Notes: generated from the sequence alone by a model not told the origin. DNA of 64,000 bases from an uncultured Thiotrichaceae bacterium (GCA_964600755.1 CAZRKQ010000236.1:812-64811); one strand, 5' to 3'. Shown: positions 19,467-29,508, numbered from the stretch's first letter. A program made the numbers and translations.

Positions 19467-21386
19467 CTAAATAATAAGCGGTGGCACAGGGCAATCAAGT
19501 ATTGCAGAGATGGCGCGATATATCTCCACTTCATTCGCAGTGATCTGCTGGTCAGCAGTTATACAGACGGCGCAGGCTTTAAGCAGGCGGGGTTTCTCCA
19601 GCGGTTTCAGCTTCGCCAGTCTGTCGAGTGAGCTGTTCAGGGTTTCCAGCTTGATCTCGCTTGTCGCCAGCAGTGATAAATCCAGTCCACCCAGTTGCCT
19701 GGTGGCTTGATTAAATGCGTCGCTTTCACTGATTCCCTGCTGCTTGCCTGAATAAACCAGGACGGATAACAGTACTGCGCATGCATCTTGTGCCTGCGCC
19801 AGCACCAGGTTCTGGCGTGTGGTTCCCGGTTTTGTAATAAACACGGGGTCGAGGTGATGAAATACGATTTTTCGAATGGACCACTCAAGCAGGCTGACTT
19901 TGCTGTCAATTTCAATCAGCGTATTCAGGTTCTCCTTGAATAACCTGTATTGATTCGTTGACAGCTGATGCAGGGTTGCCAGTGCCAGGTCTACTATGGG
20001 TAGACGATATTCTTTTTTCAGTTCATAGCCGGCGCGCACCAGCTTCATTGTTTCTTCATAAACACCGGTATCAGCAGCAGATTTCAGGTGCTGAAGCTGC
20101 TCATTATGCACCGCCTTGTCTTTATCCAGCAGCATGAAATAAATAACCGCACGTGCAGCAAAAGGGTCGTTTACTGCTGATGCAAATTCGGGCGGTAAGT
20201 CATGTATCAGCTTATGGGCATAGGCCAGGTGCGATGGTGTTGGCTGCCCGATTTTGTCGATAATCTCTCCGCTGGTCATTGCCGCAGCTATTGCTGCCAT
20301 GGTTGCAACTTGTTGTGCGGATCGCTGATCAGTCACTGTGTCTTCATCTGTGACCTGGTCGACATCTGCCGGTAGTGAATAATCAAATTCGCCATCCCAA
20401 TTGGGCTGTATGCTGTAAATACGCTTCTCCAGGGGTGGGTGGGTAGCATAGAGATTGCCTAGCCACGTTTTAATGCCCTGGCTGAACAGGGCATGGCTGA
20501 TTTGTACGCCTGAGGGGTTTTCTATAATCGAGCCAGTGGCATCACCACCGATACGCTTGAGAGCGCCGCCAATACCATCCGGATTTCTGGTGAACTGTAC
20601 TGCGGATGCGTCAGCAAGAAATTCGCGTTGCCGGCTGACCGCAGCCTTGATCAGGTTGCCGAAGAAGGTGCCGGCAAAGCCGATCACAACCAGGCCCAGG
20701 CCAAGCACAGCTGCGCCGCCACTGTCTTTTGAGCGGCGTGAATGTGATGCACTTCTCAATATGTAGTAGCCAATCATGCCGATCAGCAGAATGCCGTGCA
20801 GCAGGCCAATCAGTCGAATATTCAGCTTCATGTCGCCATTCAGCACATGGCTGAACTCGTGGGCAATAACGCCCTGCAGCTGTTCACGGCCAAGTTTTTC
20901 TATGGCGCCTCGGGTTACACCGATTATTGCATCACCTGGTTTGTAACCCGCAGCGAAGGCATTAATACCGTCTTCATCAAGCAGGTATACTGGAGGTACA
21001 GGTGTGCCTGAAGCAATTGCCATTTCTTCGACAACGTTAAGTAGTCGTTGTTTCCTGAAGTCATTGCCGCCGTTCACAACCAGCTCGGCATCGAGCATTT
21101 CGGCGACACGAGCCCCGCCTCCTGCAAGGGCAAGAATTTTATACAGGCTGCCAAGCGCGATGGTGATTGTTACTGCGGCACCGATCACGAGGAATACCTG
21201 CCAGTCGATCTCCCGGATAAGTTGTTCTGTATTGATCGTGCCGGTTTGCTCGACGTTGATATAGCCAAAAGCGAACATTACCAGCAGGTTAGTCATCACT
21301 ACCAGCGAGATCACAGCAAGTAAGAACAGGACGACGAGCCGGCCTGTATTACGACGGGCCTCATCCTGCGATTTGAAGAAATTCAT
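19467..21386 (-). CDS. M48 family (HtpX-like) membrane zinc metalloprotease with C-terminal extension
   Basis: INAFAAG, HEFSH zinc motif, SRQREFLADASAVQFTRNP, ATHPPLEKRI; downstream of lemA. Confidence 0.9.
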   Translation of the reverse strand: MNFFKSQDEARRNTGRLVVLFLLAVISLVVMTNLLVMFAFGYINVEQTGTINTEQLIREIDWQVFLVIGAAVTITIALGSLYKILALAGGGARVAEMLDAELVVNGGNDFRKQRLLNVVEEMAIASGTPVPPVYLLDEDGINAFAAGYKPGDAIIGVTRGAIEKLGREQLQGVIAHEFSHVLNGDMKLNIRLIGLLHGILLIGMIGYYILRSASHSRRSKDSGGAAVLGLGLVVIGFAGTFFGNLIKAAVSRQREFLADASAVQFTRNPDGIGGALKRIGGDATGSIIENPSGVQISHALFSQGIKTWLGNLYATHPPLEKRIYSIQPNWDGEFDYSLPADVDQVTDEDTVTDQRSAQQVATMAAIAAAMTSGEIIDKIGQPTPSHLAYAHKLIHDLPPEFASAVNDPFAARAVIYFMLLDKDKAVHNEQLQHLKSAADTGVYEETMKLVRAGYELKKEYRLPIVDLALATLHQLSTNQYRLFKENLNTLIEIDSKVSLLEWSIRKIVFHHLDPVFITKPGTTRQNLVLAQAQDACAVLLSVLVYSGKQQGISESDAFNQATRQLGGLDLSLLATSEIKLETLNSSLDRLAKLKPLEKPRLLKACAVCITADQQITANEVEIYRAISAILDCPVPPLII

Positions 21387-21406
21387 AGGATGACTTCAGT
21401 GCATTT

Positions 21407-22003
21407 CTAGAAGGACACTTTGGGCGCTTCCTGAATAGCGGCACTGTCTTCGAATTCGAGCAGGGTGGCGTCCTGGGCGTGGCCGAAGGTGGCAGCAAAT
21501 ATTACCGGTGGGAATGTCTGTTTGTAGGTATTGTATTCCATCACGGCATCATTGAATGCCTGGCGGGCAAACGCGACCTTGTTTTCAGTGGTAGTAAGCT
21601 CTTCGCTCAGTTGCATCATGTTCTGATTGGCTTTGAGATCAGGGTAGGCCTCCATCACAACATTGAACCTGCCCAAAGCACTCGCGAGTGCGCCCTCGGC
21701 ACCGATCAGCTCATTGATTGCAGCAGCGTTACCCGGGTCTGAAGCGGCCGCAGCCAGGCCGTTGGCGGCAGCGTTTCGTGCCTTGATGACGGAATCCAGT
21801 GTTTCGCGCTCGTGCTTCATGTAGCCTTTAGCGGTTTCAATCAGGTTCGGAATCAGGTCATAGCGGCGTTTCAACTGAACCTCGATCTGTGCGAATGCGT
21901 TTTTGTAACGGTTGCGCAAGCTGACCAGGCTGTTGAAGATGTTTATGATATAAAGAATGATCACCGCGATGATGACCAGGATCACGATCGTTGATGTTTG
22001 CAT
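21407..22003 (-). CDS. lemA: LemA family protein
   Basis: N-terminal [43 protein letters not shown]. Confidence 0.95.
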   Translation of the reverse strand: MQTSTIVILVIIAVIILYIINIFNSLVSLRNRYKNAFAQIEVQLKRRYDLIPNLIETAKGYMKHERETLDSVIKARNAAANGLAAAASDPGNAAAINELIGAEGALASALGRFNVVMEAYPDLKANQNMMQLSEELTTTENKVAFARQAFNDAVMEYNTYKQTFPPVIFAATFGHAQDATLLEFEDSAAIQEAPKVSF

Positions 22004-22106
22004 GGGTGTTTCCTGTGTGTGAGTGGAAATTCAGGCCTGCACAAGATTAAAGACTATATCCCTTAACCCCGCAAGTATCTGGACTAATGACATTTTACAA
22101 TCTATT

Positions 22107-22559
22107 TTATAGTTCATGTGGTCTACCCCAGTTGTTTATGCCGATACTGCCAGGCATTAAAAACAGAACGAGATAAAAAATCAGTACCACGGCATAAAAG
22201 ACGAATAATATCGGCTGAATTTTTTCCAGTAATGGGGCGATATGAATATTCAGCAGCATCAGATTATGCACGTCCAGCAGCAGCGCGGCCCAGGCCAGCC
22301 AGACACGATTGCCCTTGATATCCAGGTCATGTAGTCGCTTGATTATTGAAGGTGTCAACAAGGCCAACAGCAGGGCAGATTGCACACTTTTTACATACAG
22401 ATAGATGGTCAACGCATTTTCCGTGCGCCGAATGTATTCATGATTAATAAAAGACAGTACTATAAACAGGCATAGTATTATGATGAATGAGTGAAGAAAT
22501 CCGATCCTGTTTAAACGGCCACCAGCAGACAACAGGTTTTTCAGAAAATTCTTCAACAC
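22107..22559 (-). CDS. DUF805 family membrane protein
   Basis: GRLNRIGF, IKRLHDLD, C-terminal PGSIGINNWG. Confidence 0.75.
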   Translation of the reverse strand: MLKNFLKNLLSAGGRLNRIGFLHSFIIILCLFIVLSFINHEYIRRTENALTIYLYVKSVQSALLLALLTPSIIKRLHDLDIKGNRVWLAWAALLLDVHNLMLLNIHIAPLLEKIQPILFVFYAVVLIFYLVLFLMPGSIGINNWGRPHEL

Positions 22560-22773
22560 TTGTTCCTGTCAGTTAAAGAGTTGCGTGTAGTGCTACTGGA
22601 GCAATACTATATGTAACCGGATAATAATTATACTCACAACCAGGCATTAAATAGACATCGAAAATCGAAGTCCAGTGGTGCGAGGCTATAAGCAGTAGTT
22701 ACTGCTGTTATATGCCCACGTTTTATCCGGTATTATATTTTCACAATTTAACAGTACAGTCATCTGCCAGGCA

Positions 22774-23250
22774 ATGAAAGACAATATGAATACCATTTTA
22801 ATCATCCTTTTAATTTGCGGGATTGCTTACCTGGCATTTTTCCACAGGCCAAAACACGATACGGTGCCAGAGCTGAAAAACTGGTTCAGCAGTCAGCTCA
22901 TCACTATAAGCGAGAATCTGGAAAAAGATATAGAGCTGGACAAGCAGGGGCATTACGCACACCCCGGAAAACAATCTTTCGAGCCAAGGGGAAGCATTAC
23001 ATACACCTTGCTGGATAAAAACCTGTCCAGGTTCGAATTGTCGCAATTCAGCGAACTGACTTCCGGGGATATTGAATCAACACCCGGCTTCGAACAGCTC
23101 AGGAAAACGGTCGGCAGGCTGGGTTTGAGTATTAAGCTTGATGAGATCGAGGTTGAGGGCGATGGCGTAGAAACATGGAATGAGCTTGACGAGTATGTCG
23201 ATGATATTCCGAGATTCTATAGCATTACCGTCTCTGGCTGGTCTGTTTGA
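22774..23250 (+). CDS. hypothetical membrane-anchored protein
   Basis: 158-aa ORF with an N-terminal TM helix and acidic body; no recognisable family. Confidence 0.55.
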   Translation: MKDNMNTILIILLICGIAYLAFFHRPKHDTVPELKNWFSSQLITISENLEKDIELDKQGHYAHPGKQSFEPRGSITYTLLDKNLSRFELSQFSELTSGDIESTPGFEQLRKTVGRLGLSIKLDEIEVEGDGVETWNELDEYVDDIPRFYSITVSGWSV

Positions 23251-23272
23251 GCTGTGAGATGATGGGCCCTGC

Positions 23273-23494
23273 ATGCCAAAATCATTAGGCACATGGCTGA
23301 TACTTGGCGGTATTCTACTTGTTGTTATAGGTGTACTTGCCAATAGCGGATGGCTGTCCTGGGTTGGCCGTCTGCCTGGCGATATCAGGATCGAGCGCGA
23401 TAATGTGCGCTTCTACTTTCCAATAGTCAGCATGGTTGTGATTTCAGTTGCCGCGTCACTTGTGTTCTATTTTTTCGGCAGGTTCTGGAAATGA
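23273..23494 (+). CDS. DUF2905 small membrane protein
   Basis: GRLPGDIRIER..VRFYFPIVSMVVIS. Confidence 0.85.
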   Translation: MPKSLGTWLILGGILLVVIGVLANSGWLSWVGRLPGDIRIERDNVRFYFPIVSMVVISVAASLVFYFFGRFWK

Positions 23495-23508
23495 TTCCAT
23501 CACCTCTG

Positions 23509-23667
23509 TCACATCAGGCCGTTCGTTTCTGATACCGGCATATCATCATCCAGAATTTCGAATAATTCATCGTCATCGACCAGGTTAAAGTCTATGTCAT
23601 CTGCGATTGACTCGGCCAGCTGCCTTTTGGCGGCCATGATGCGTTCAATATCTACTTCAGTTAGCAT
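23509..23667 (-). CDS. small acidic hypothetical protein (52 aa), not in ORF track
   Basis: AGGAGAGAACC RBS before ATG; MLTEVDIERIMAAKRQLAESIADDIDFNLVDDDELFEILDDDMPVSETNGLM; fills the gap between two genes. Confidence 0.6.
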   Translation of the reverse strand: MLTEVDIERIMAAKRQLAESIADDIDFNLVDDDELFEILDDDMPVSETNGLM

Positions 23668-23803
23668 GGTTCTCTCCTGTGTTTAATGGGTTAGCACCAT
23701 GCTTTATAGGCGGCCAATATGTCTTTTCTGTTACAAAATCATGAATAATGTATGGCATGTGAGGTTGGCTATTAAATTTAACTTACAAAGGGTAACTGTA
23801 AAA

Positions 23804-24389
23804 ATGTGGGATAAACGCTACGATACAACTGAATACATTTATGGTCCTGATCCGAACGAATTTCTGAATGAAGTTGTAAACCAGGTCCCTAAAGGCAGAA
23901 CCTTGTGTATAGCCGAAGGCGAGGGCCGCAACGCGGTGTTCCTTGCAGGGCATGGCCATGAAGTTGTTGCTGTTGATTCTTCTGCTATTGGACTGGAAAA
24001 AGCCAGGAAGCTGGCGAGTGAGCGTGGAGTTGAAATCGAAACGCTTGTTGAAGACCTGGCGAATTTTGATATTGAAGCCGATAGCTGGGATGCGATCGTA
24101 TCAATTTTTGCGCATGTTCCAGCGGATATTAGAAAACCGCTGCATCGGATTGTGTCCAGGGATTACGTTCAGGTGGTGTGCTCGTGCTCGAGGCCTATAC
24201 ACCTGAGCAAATCAAGCTGGGAACGGGGGGGCGCCTGTTGCCGAGTTGACCATGACACTGGATGCGTTGCGTGTAGAGCTGGATGGGCTGGAACTCAGGC
24301 ACGCGGTGGAACTGGAGCGTGATGTTATAGAAGGCCAGTTCCACACTGGCAAAGGTGTTGTGGTGCAGGTGCTTGCCGTTAAGCCCTGA
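23804..24389 (+). pseudogene. class I SAM methyltransferase (TehB-like) with two apparent single-base deletions
   Basis: MWDKRY...AEGEGRNAVFLA; the family-like continuations GLRSGGVLVLEAYTPEQ and ...EGQFHTGKGVVVQVLAVKP* are reached only by frameshifts at ~24158-24161 (AGGG) and ~24225-24232 (G7). Span 586 nt = 588 minus 2. Confidence 0.75.
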
Positions 24390-24401
24390 ATTGGTTAAGT
24401 A

Positions 24402-26474
24402 TCAGAAGTCCCAGCGGTAACCAAGGAGGAAAAATAAATTATTAGTACCAAGTGATTGTCCGTTCATTTCTTCGCTGGTGTCATCGTAGCCGACCTCAAA
24501 ATCAAAACGGACCTTGTTAAGATAACGGTAGTCAGTTCTGACTAATGCCCTGATCTTGTTCTGTGTACGACCGTCCGAGCTTTTGCGTATATCAAATTGC
24601 AGGCGGGGATTAATCCGCCAGTTTCTGGATACGGGAATTCTGGTGTTGGCAATCAGTGAGTAGGTGTCTGATAGTTTGGTATCCAGGTAACGAAAACCAA
24701 GTACGCCCGTATCTCTTTTCAATATCAGGTTGTTACCAACAATCTGTGTACTAAAAAAATAATCTGTGCCGGTGGAGGGTGTTGCGGGTACACCCCCCGA
24801 GGCTTCCGTTCCACCAACTTTTGAGAAAGTGATATCAGCATTAGCCTGAAACTTTTCACTTATAGGCTGTGAGCCACCAAATGTAATCGTCGCGCTATCG
24901 GCTGTACGATCACGCGCAAGTTGATAAATCTGCTCAATGTTCAGAGTTTCCATGAGCTCCTCTATAGAACTTTCTGGCCGGCCTATGAGTGCATTACTTG
25001 TTGCGAGTACAGGTGTTTTACGCAGGAATGCGTTCATATAGGCGGCACGACCTCTGTCGAAAAGGAGATTGGCATTCAGTTGCAGTATATTAACTTCCTT
25101 AAATGTCAGATCATAATCAATCATGCCGAACAGTGACTTGGTATTATCGTTGTAACGAACTTCTGTACCGGTACTGGTTCGATCATCTACTCCATCGATA
25201 TCCTGGTCGAAATAGAACAGGTTCATATCCCAATGTTCGAGAAACGTTCCTGTTTCAAAAATGAATCCATAGAAAGTTTTGTGTTTATTAATAGAAGTCT
25301 TGTTATCAATATCGACCGGATAGCCTGCAAGCGCATTCAGGCGCATTTCAGGAGTGAGCTGATAGCCGGCCGAGATTCCATCAAATCGGTTGAGGATACC
25401 GCCGATGCGTAATGCTTGCCTGCCTACTCGCCCTGACGTCCCGCTTTTTCTTGAGCTCAAGTCATAAAACATTTCGATAAATCTGAATGAGTTGCTTTCA
25501 TCATCGTCTAGAAAGTCATAGGTATCATCTGCAGAGAAACGAAAGTTCTGGTCGAAGCCGGACGTCTGGTACGTTGTATTGAGATCAAGAAACGTGATCA
25601 ACTGAGACAGGGTCCTGATTGACCCATCGGTGTCATCTGTTTCAGCTGTGTCGCTACGGTAAAACTGCGAAAAACTTCCATATGTTGTCATCCTTCCTTT
25701 TTCTCCATCTGCTTCCATGTTGATTTTATCTCTTGGGGCCTGAGTGGATGTTATCAGTCCCGAGAGGCGTTGCTTGACACGTATGGCGTCCTCACTTGTC
25801 GGGTATTTTTCAAGATAATCTTTATAAATAGCGGCAGCATGGGCATTCTGTCCCTTTCGTTGCCTTGATAGCCCCAGCAATTCAAATGCTTCCATCGAGT
25901 ATTTGTGATCGCCAGCGGTTATGATTGCCGTTAAATAACGAATAGCCTGCGAGTAGTCTTGCTTCTTGAAATCGGTTTTTGCGCGCTGCATCAGGCTGTC
26001 AAGTTGTTTGTCAGTTAACGTTGATTTGTTGCTTGCTATTGATTTCTTCTTTGCCGTGGTTGTTTTCACTGGTGCCGATATTTTTGAAACTGGTACGACC
26101 AATGCTTTGTTTGATGCTGCTTTGATTTCGCCTGTACTTGCTTGCCTCAGCCATGCACCAGGATAGATATTTTGTATATCATTCAACACCAGAACGGCTT
26201 TCTGGCGGCTGCTGAAGAAGCCCAGATTCAACCGTTCCCATGGCTTACCTTTAACTGTTGTTCGAGTGACATATACAGTACGACCTTCAAGCAGCTTGCT
26301 TTTTTTAGGCTGCCATTTCAGATCTGTGCCCGGTGCAGAAGCGAGCACGATAACGTATGGAGACGAATTGCTCGCAGCATGAACATCACTCAAAGCAATA
26401 AACTGTATGATGATCAATGCTATGAAAATTAAGCACGTTATAGATGGTTGGCGCAACATTTTAGGTGGCGTCAT
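24402..26474 (-). CDS. outer-membrane beta-barrel with N-terminal SPOR and TPR domains (porin of a porin-cytochrome conduit)
   Basis: Signal peptide; SPOR-like RLNLGFFSSRQKA...YPGAWL; TPR-like helices (YSQAIRYL, YKDYLEKYP); amphipathic beta-strands; C-terminal FFLLGYRWDF (Bam signature). Confidence 0.8.
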   Translation of the reverse strand: MTPPKMLRQPSITCLIFIALIIIQFIALSDVHAASNSSPYVIVLASAPGTDLKWQPKKSKLLEGRTVYVTRTTVKGKPWERLNLGFFSSRQKAVLVLNDIQNIYPGAWLRQASTGEIKAASNKALVVPVSKISAPVKTTTAKKKSIASNKSTLTDKQLDSLMQRAKTDFKKQDYSQAIRYLTAIITAGDHKYSMEAFELLGLSRQRKGQNAHAAAIYKDYLEKYPTSEDAIRVKQRLSGLITSTQAPRDKINMEADGEKGRMTTYGSFSQFYRSDTAETDDTDGSIRTLSQLITFLDLNTTYQTSGFDQNFRFSADDTYDFLDDDESNSFRFIEMFYDLSSRKSGTSGRVGRQALRIGGILNRFDGISAGYQLTPEMRLNALAGYPVDIDNKTSINKHKTFYGFIFETGTFLEHWDMNLFYFDQDIDGVDDRTSTGTEVRYNDNTKSLFGMIDYDLTFKEVNILQLNANLLFDRGRAAYMNAFLRKTPVLATSNALIGRPESSIEELMETLNIEQIYQLARDRTADSATITFGGSQPISEKFQANADITFSKVGGTEASGGVPATPSTGTDYFFSTQIVGNNLILKRDTGVLGFRYLDTKLSDTYSLIANTRIPVSRNWRINPRLQFDIRKSSDGRTQNKIRALVRTDYRYLNKVRFDFEVGYDDTSEEMNGQSLGTNNLFFLLGYRWDF

Positions 26475-26565
26475 GAAGATGCTTTTTATGTTTGGTTAAA
26501 TTATTATTTTTGTATTATTTTGATATGCATTTACTAGCAGTTATATGCCAGTGCTTGGTAGTTAC

Positions 26566-27870
26566 CTACCATCCACTAGCGCTAGGGCGGTGTTCGTTCA
26601 TTTTGATCCCGTCTTTGAGGTGACAACTTCCACTGCAATCACGTAATTCGCTGACCGAGAGGGGCACATCGCCAGGACCCTTGTGCGAATCAGGTTTGTA
26701 ATCATCGGCGTGGCAACCTGCGCAATCCGGCTGGTATGCAGGGAAAGTCCAGGCAATAACCTGGTTATTGGTTCTATGGCAGTCAACACATAGTACGCCG
26801 GTTCTGTGATCGCCTGGGTAATCAGGTGAATCATGTCTGAACAGAATCAGAGGTATCCAACTCGCAGTACTGTGGCAGCGATCGCAATCCAGAGTTGTTA
26901 CAAAGTGCGTCGTTGATTTTCCTGTAGCAGTTGAACCATTATGACAGCTGAGGCAAAGACCTGTGACCGTTGAATGGTCAAAGCTGGCACCTAACCATGT
27001 ATTTGTTGTATGGCAGTTGTTGCATTCAGCTATAGTCGGTAAATGTGCCGGATGCTTGCCGGTGGCTGTGACGCCATTGTGACAGCTGCTGCACGGGCCA
27101 GTCACGCTAACATGGTCAAAGCCGGCGCCGAGCCATGTATTTGTATTATGGCAATTGTCACATTCAACCGTAGTCTGTAAATGTGCCGGATGCTTGCCAG
27201 TAGCTGCTACACCATTGTGACAACTGCTGCATGCGCCTGTCACGTTGCTGTGATCGAAGCGCGCTCCTCTCCAGGTGTTAGTATTATGGCAAGTGTCACA
27301 CTGGGCATTTGTAGCAATATGCCGGGGTGACATGCCGCTGGCCTGAACCCCGTTATGGCAGGAATTGCATGTGCCTAAAACGGAGCCATGGTCAACCCTG
27401 CCAACACGGCCAAAGGTAATTGTGTTGTGGCAGTCTTCGCATGTAGATGTAGTGGCTATATGAGATGGCGACAAGCCAACGGCAATTGAATTGTTGTGGC
27501 AGCTCTCACACGGCGCGAAGATACCACTATGATCGAATCTTGCGCCTATCCAGGTGTCAGTTGTGTGGCAATCATCGCAAATATTACTGCTGACAACATG
27601 CCCTGGATTTTTACCTGGTGCGCGGCTTCTGTTATGACACAAAGCGCATTCAAGCGGTGTGCCCTTGAAAATTCCGCCGATATGGCAGCTGGAACAGTCT
27701 AAAAACTGATGCTTGCCAGTTAAAGGGAATCCGGTTGTGAAATGGTCGAAGCTTTCCACGTTATCGGCAGCATGTATTGAAGTATTAAAAATTATGGATG
27801 AGACTGATAGCAGCATCAGCAAGAGAGCTGTTATGGAGAAACCGAGTAATCTTTTATTATTCTGACTCAT
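26566..27870 (-). CDS. exported multiheme c-type cytochrome, 15 CxxCH + 1 CxxxCH
   Basis: Motifs counted by hand from CSSCH to CAGCH, plus CSGSCH; Sec signal ending IHA, no lipobox; ~46-aa diheme repeats. Confidence 0.92.
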   Translation of the reverse strand: MSQNNKRLLGFSITALLLMLLSVSSIIFNTSIHAADNVESFDHFTTGFPLTGKHQFLDCSSCHIGGIFKGTPLECALCHNRSRAPGKNPGHVVSSNICDDCHTTDTWIGARFDHSGIFAPCESCHNNSIAVGLSPSHIATTSTCEDCHNTITFGRVGRVDHGSVLGTCNSCHNGVQASGMSPRHIATNAQCDTCHNTNTWRGARFDHSNVTGACSSCHNGVAATGKHPAHLQTTVECDNCHNTNTWLGAGFDHVSVTGPCSSCHNGVTATGKHPAHLPTIAECNNCHTTNTWLGASFDHSTVTGLCLSCHNGSTATGKSTTHFVTTLDCDRCHSTASWIPLILFRHDSPDYPGDHRTGVLCVDCHRTNNQVIAWTFPAYQPDCAGCHADDYKPDSHKGPGDVPLSVSELRDCSGSCHLKDGIKMNEHRPSASGW

Positions 27871-27884
27871 GGGGTGTGTACCGA

Positions 27885-29483
27885 TTATCGTTTGATTTTG
27901 GCGTCTTTAAAGCTTTCTGTGCTATGGCATTTCCCACACTGTCTGCCGAACTGCCTGTTATGGATATCCTGGCTGCGATGACAGAAAATACAGTCACTAG
28001 ATGCCTTCAATTTCCCTTTGGAATTTGTTTTATGGCAATCGTAACAACCCACTTCTTCGTGGGCGCCAACTATCTTGAAGCGTGTTTCCTTATCATGATC
28101 GAACAGCCAGTTCTCCCACGAATTTGGATTGTGACAAGTTTCGCAGTCAGTACCGAGGCGGGTTTTGTGTACATCATCTCCGGCGTGGCATGAATTGCAT
28201 TCTCTATCGGCCGAGCTGTAGACTGAAGTAAGGTGACATTCTTCGCACTGGATTGCGGCATGCATGCCAATCAGCGGGAAGCTGGACAGGTCGTGGTCGA
28301 AAAAGACATTATTACGCCAGCCTTTTTCATTATGGCAATTACTGCACTGCTTACCCTGTTTGCCCTGGTGAACATCATCTTGTTTATGGCATTCAACACA
28401 GGCTGATTTCAGCTCATCTTTTTCAAGATTACCCTTGTGGCAGAATGAGCAAGACAGTTCTTTGTGTTTTCCTAAAAGAGGAAAGTCAGTTTTTTTGTCG
28501 TGATCAAATTTATGCTTTTGCCATGATTTGGAGTTATGGCAGTCATTGCATTTCTTCCCGTTTTTGCCTTTATGGCTGTCATCGTGCTTATGACAGCCAT
28601 AACAGTCAGTTGGAAGTTTCTCTTTATTTTTCTTTTTCTTTTTTAAGCTTTCGGGTGTGTGGCAACTAGTGCACGAAGCTTTCTCATGCCGGCCGAGTAA
28701 GCGAAAATCCGTTTCCTTTCCGTGGTCGAAAGTGATTTCGTCCCAGCGTTTAGAGGTATGGCAGGTATCGCATTTTTCTCCGTAACCGCCCTGGTGGATG
28801 TCCTGGATCTTATGGCAGCCTATACATTTAGAAGGCGTGTCCTTGTATTTCTGGTTGATATGACAGGAAGAGCAGTTGGTGTCTTTATGTGCGCCTTTGA
28901 GCGGAAAATCCGTTTTCTTATCGTGATCAAATTCTGATTGTTTCCAGCTGGATGCCGAGTGGCAGTCGCCGCATTTTTTTCCGTGCTCGCCGTCATGAAC
29001 ATCAGATTCCTTGTGGCAACTGTAACAATCCTGCGCTGCCTCGGAGTACTTCTTCTCAGCCTGGTGGCAGCCGGTGCAGCTGGTTTTTGCGTGCATGCCC
29101 TTGAGTAAAAAATCGGTTGCGGAATGGTCGAATGTCGATGGGTTCAATAATATGATTTTTGCATCTCTGCCTTCATGTTCGGTGTGGCAGTGCTTACAAT
29201 TTGTTCTTACTGCTGCAGGCAGTCGCCCATGAAAACCTTTTTTACTGCGCACATCATCACGTATGTTTTTATGATCATGGCACTGCATGCACAGTTGTCC
29301 CTGCTTTGACTTGTCAGAGGTGTCATGGCACTGGCCGCAGTCCTTTTCGTATTTCTGGTGGGCCTTGACCACAGGGCCTGGCATCAACAGAGATTCCAGG
29401 GATTCTGCGTTGCTGGCAGGTATTATGAACATGGTCGAGATGGTGAGGATTAGCCTTATCCAGACTTGTATTTGGAATCGCAT
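27885..29483 (-). CDS. periplasmic multiheme c-type cytochrome, 21 CxxCH
   Basis: 21 motifs counted from CGQCH to CGKCH; signal peptide; six FDH..FxLxGxH triheme modules; Lys-rich. Confidence 0.93.
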   Translation of the reverse strand: MRFQIQVWIRLILTISTMFIIPASNAESLESLLMPGPVVKAHQKYEKDCGQCHDTSDKSKQGQLCMQCHDHKNIRDDVRSKKGFHGRLPAAVRTNCKHCHTEHEGRDAKIILLNPSTFDHSATDFLLKGMHAKTSCTGCHQAEKKYSEAAQDCYSCHKESDVHDGEHGKKCGDCHSASSWKQSEFDHDKKTDFPLKGAHKDTNCSSCHINQKYKDTPSKCIGCHKIQDIHQGGYGEKCDTCHTSKRWDEITFDHGKETDFRLLGRHEKASCTSCHTPESLKKKKKNKEKLPTDCYGCHKHDDSHKGKNGKKCNDCHNSKSWQKHKFDHDKKTDFPLLGKHKELSCSFCHKGNLEKDELKSACVECHKQDDVHQGKQGKQCSNCHNEKGWRNNVFFDHDLSSFPLIGMHAAIQCEECHLTSVYSSADRECNSCHAGDDVHKTRLGTDCETCHNPNSWENWLFDHDKETRFKIVGAHEEVGCYDCHKTNSKGKLKASSDCIFCHRSQDIHNRQFGRQCGKCHSTESFKDAKIKR

Positions 29484-29508
29484 CTTATGTAATCAGGCAC
29501 TATCGCTA

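Noticed and set aside
22600-22745. ACCGGATAA / TTATCCGGT inverted pair between DUF805 and the hypothetical gene
   Set aside because: Only a 9-bp core about 100 bp apart; insufficient evidence for an element
28610-28650. Poly-A/T tract in the 21-heme gene as a phase-variation switch
   Set aside because: The tract is interrupted (mixed AAA/AAG codons) and the frame is intact
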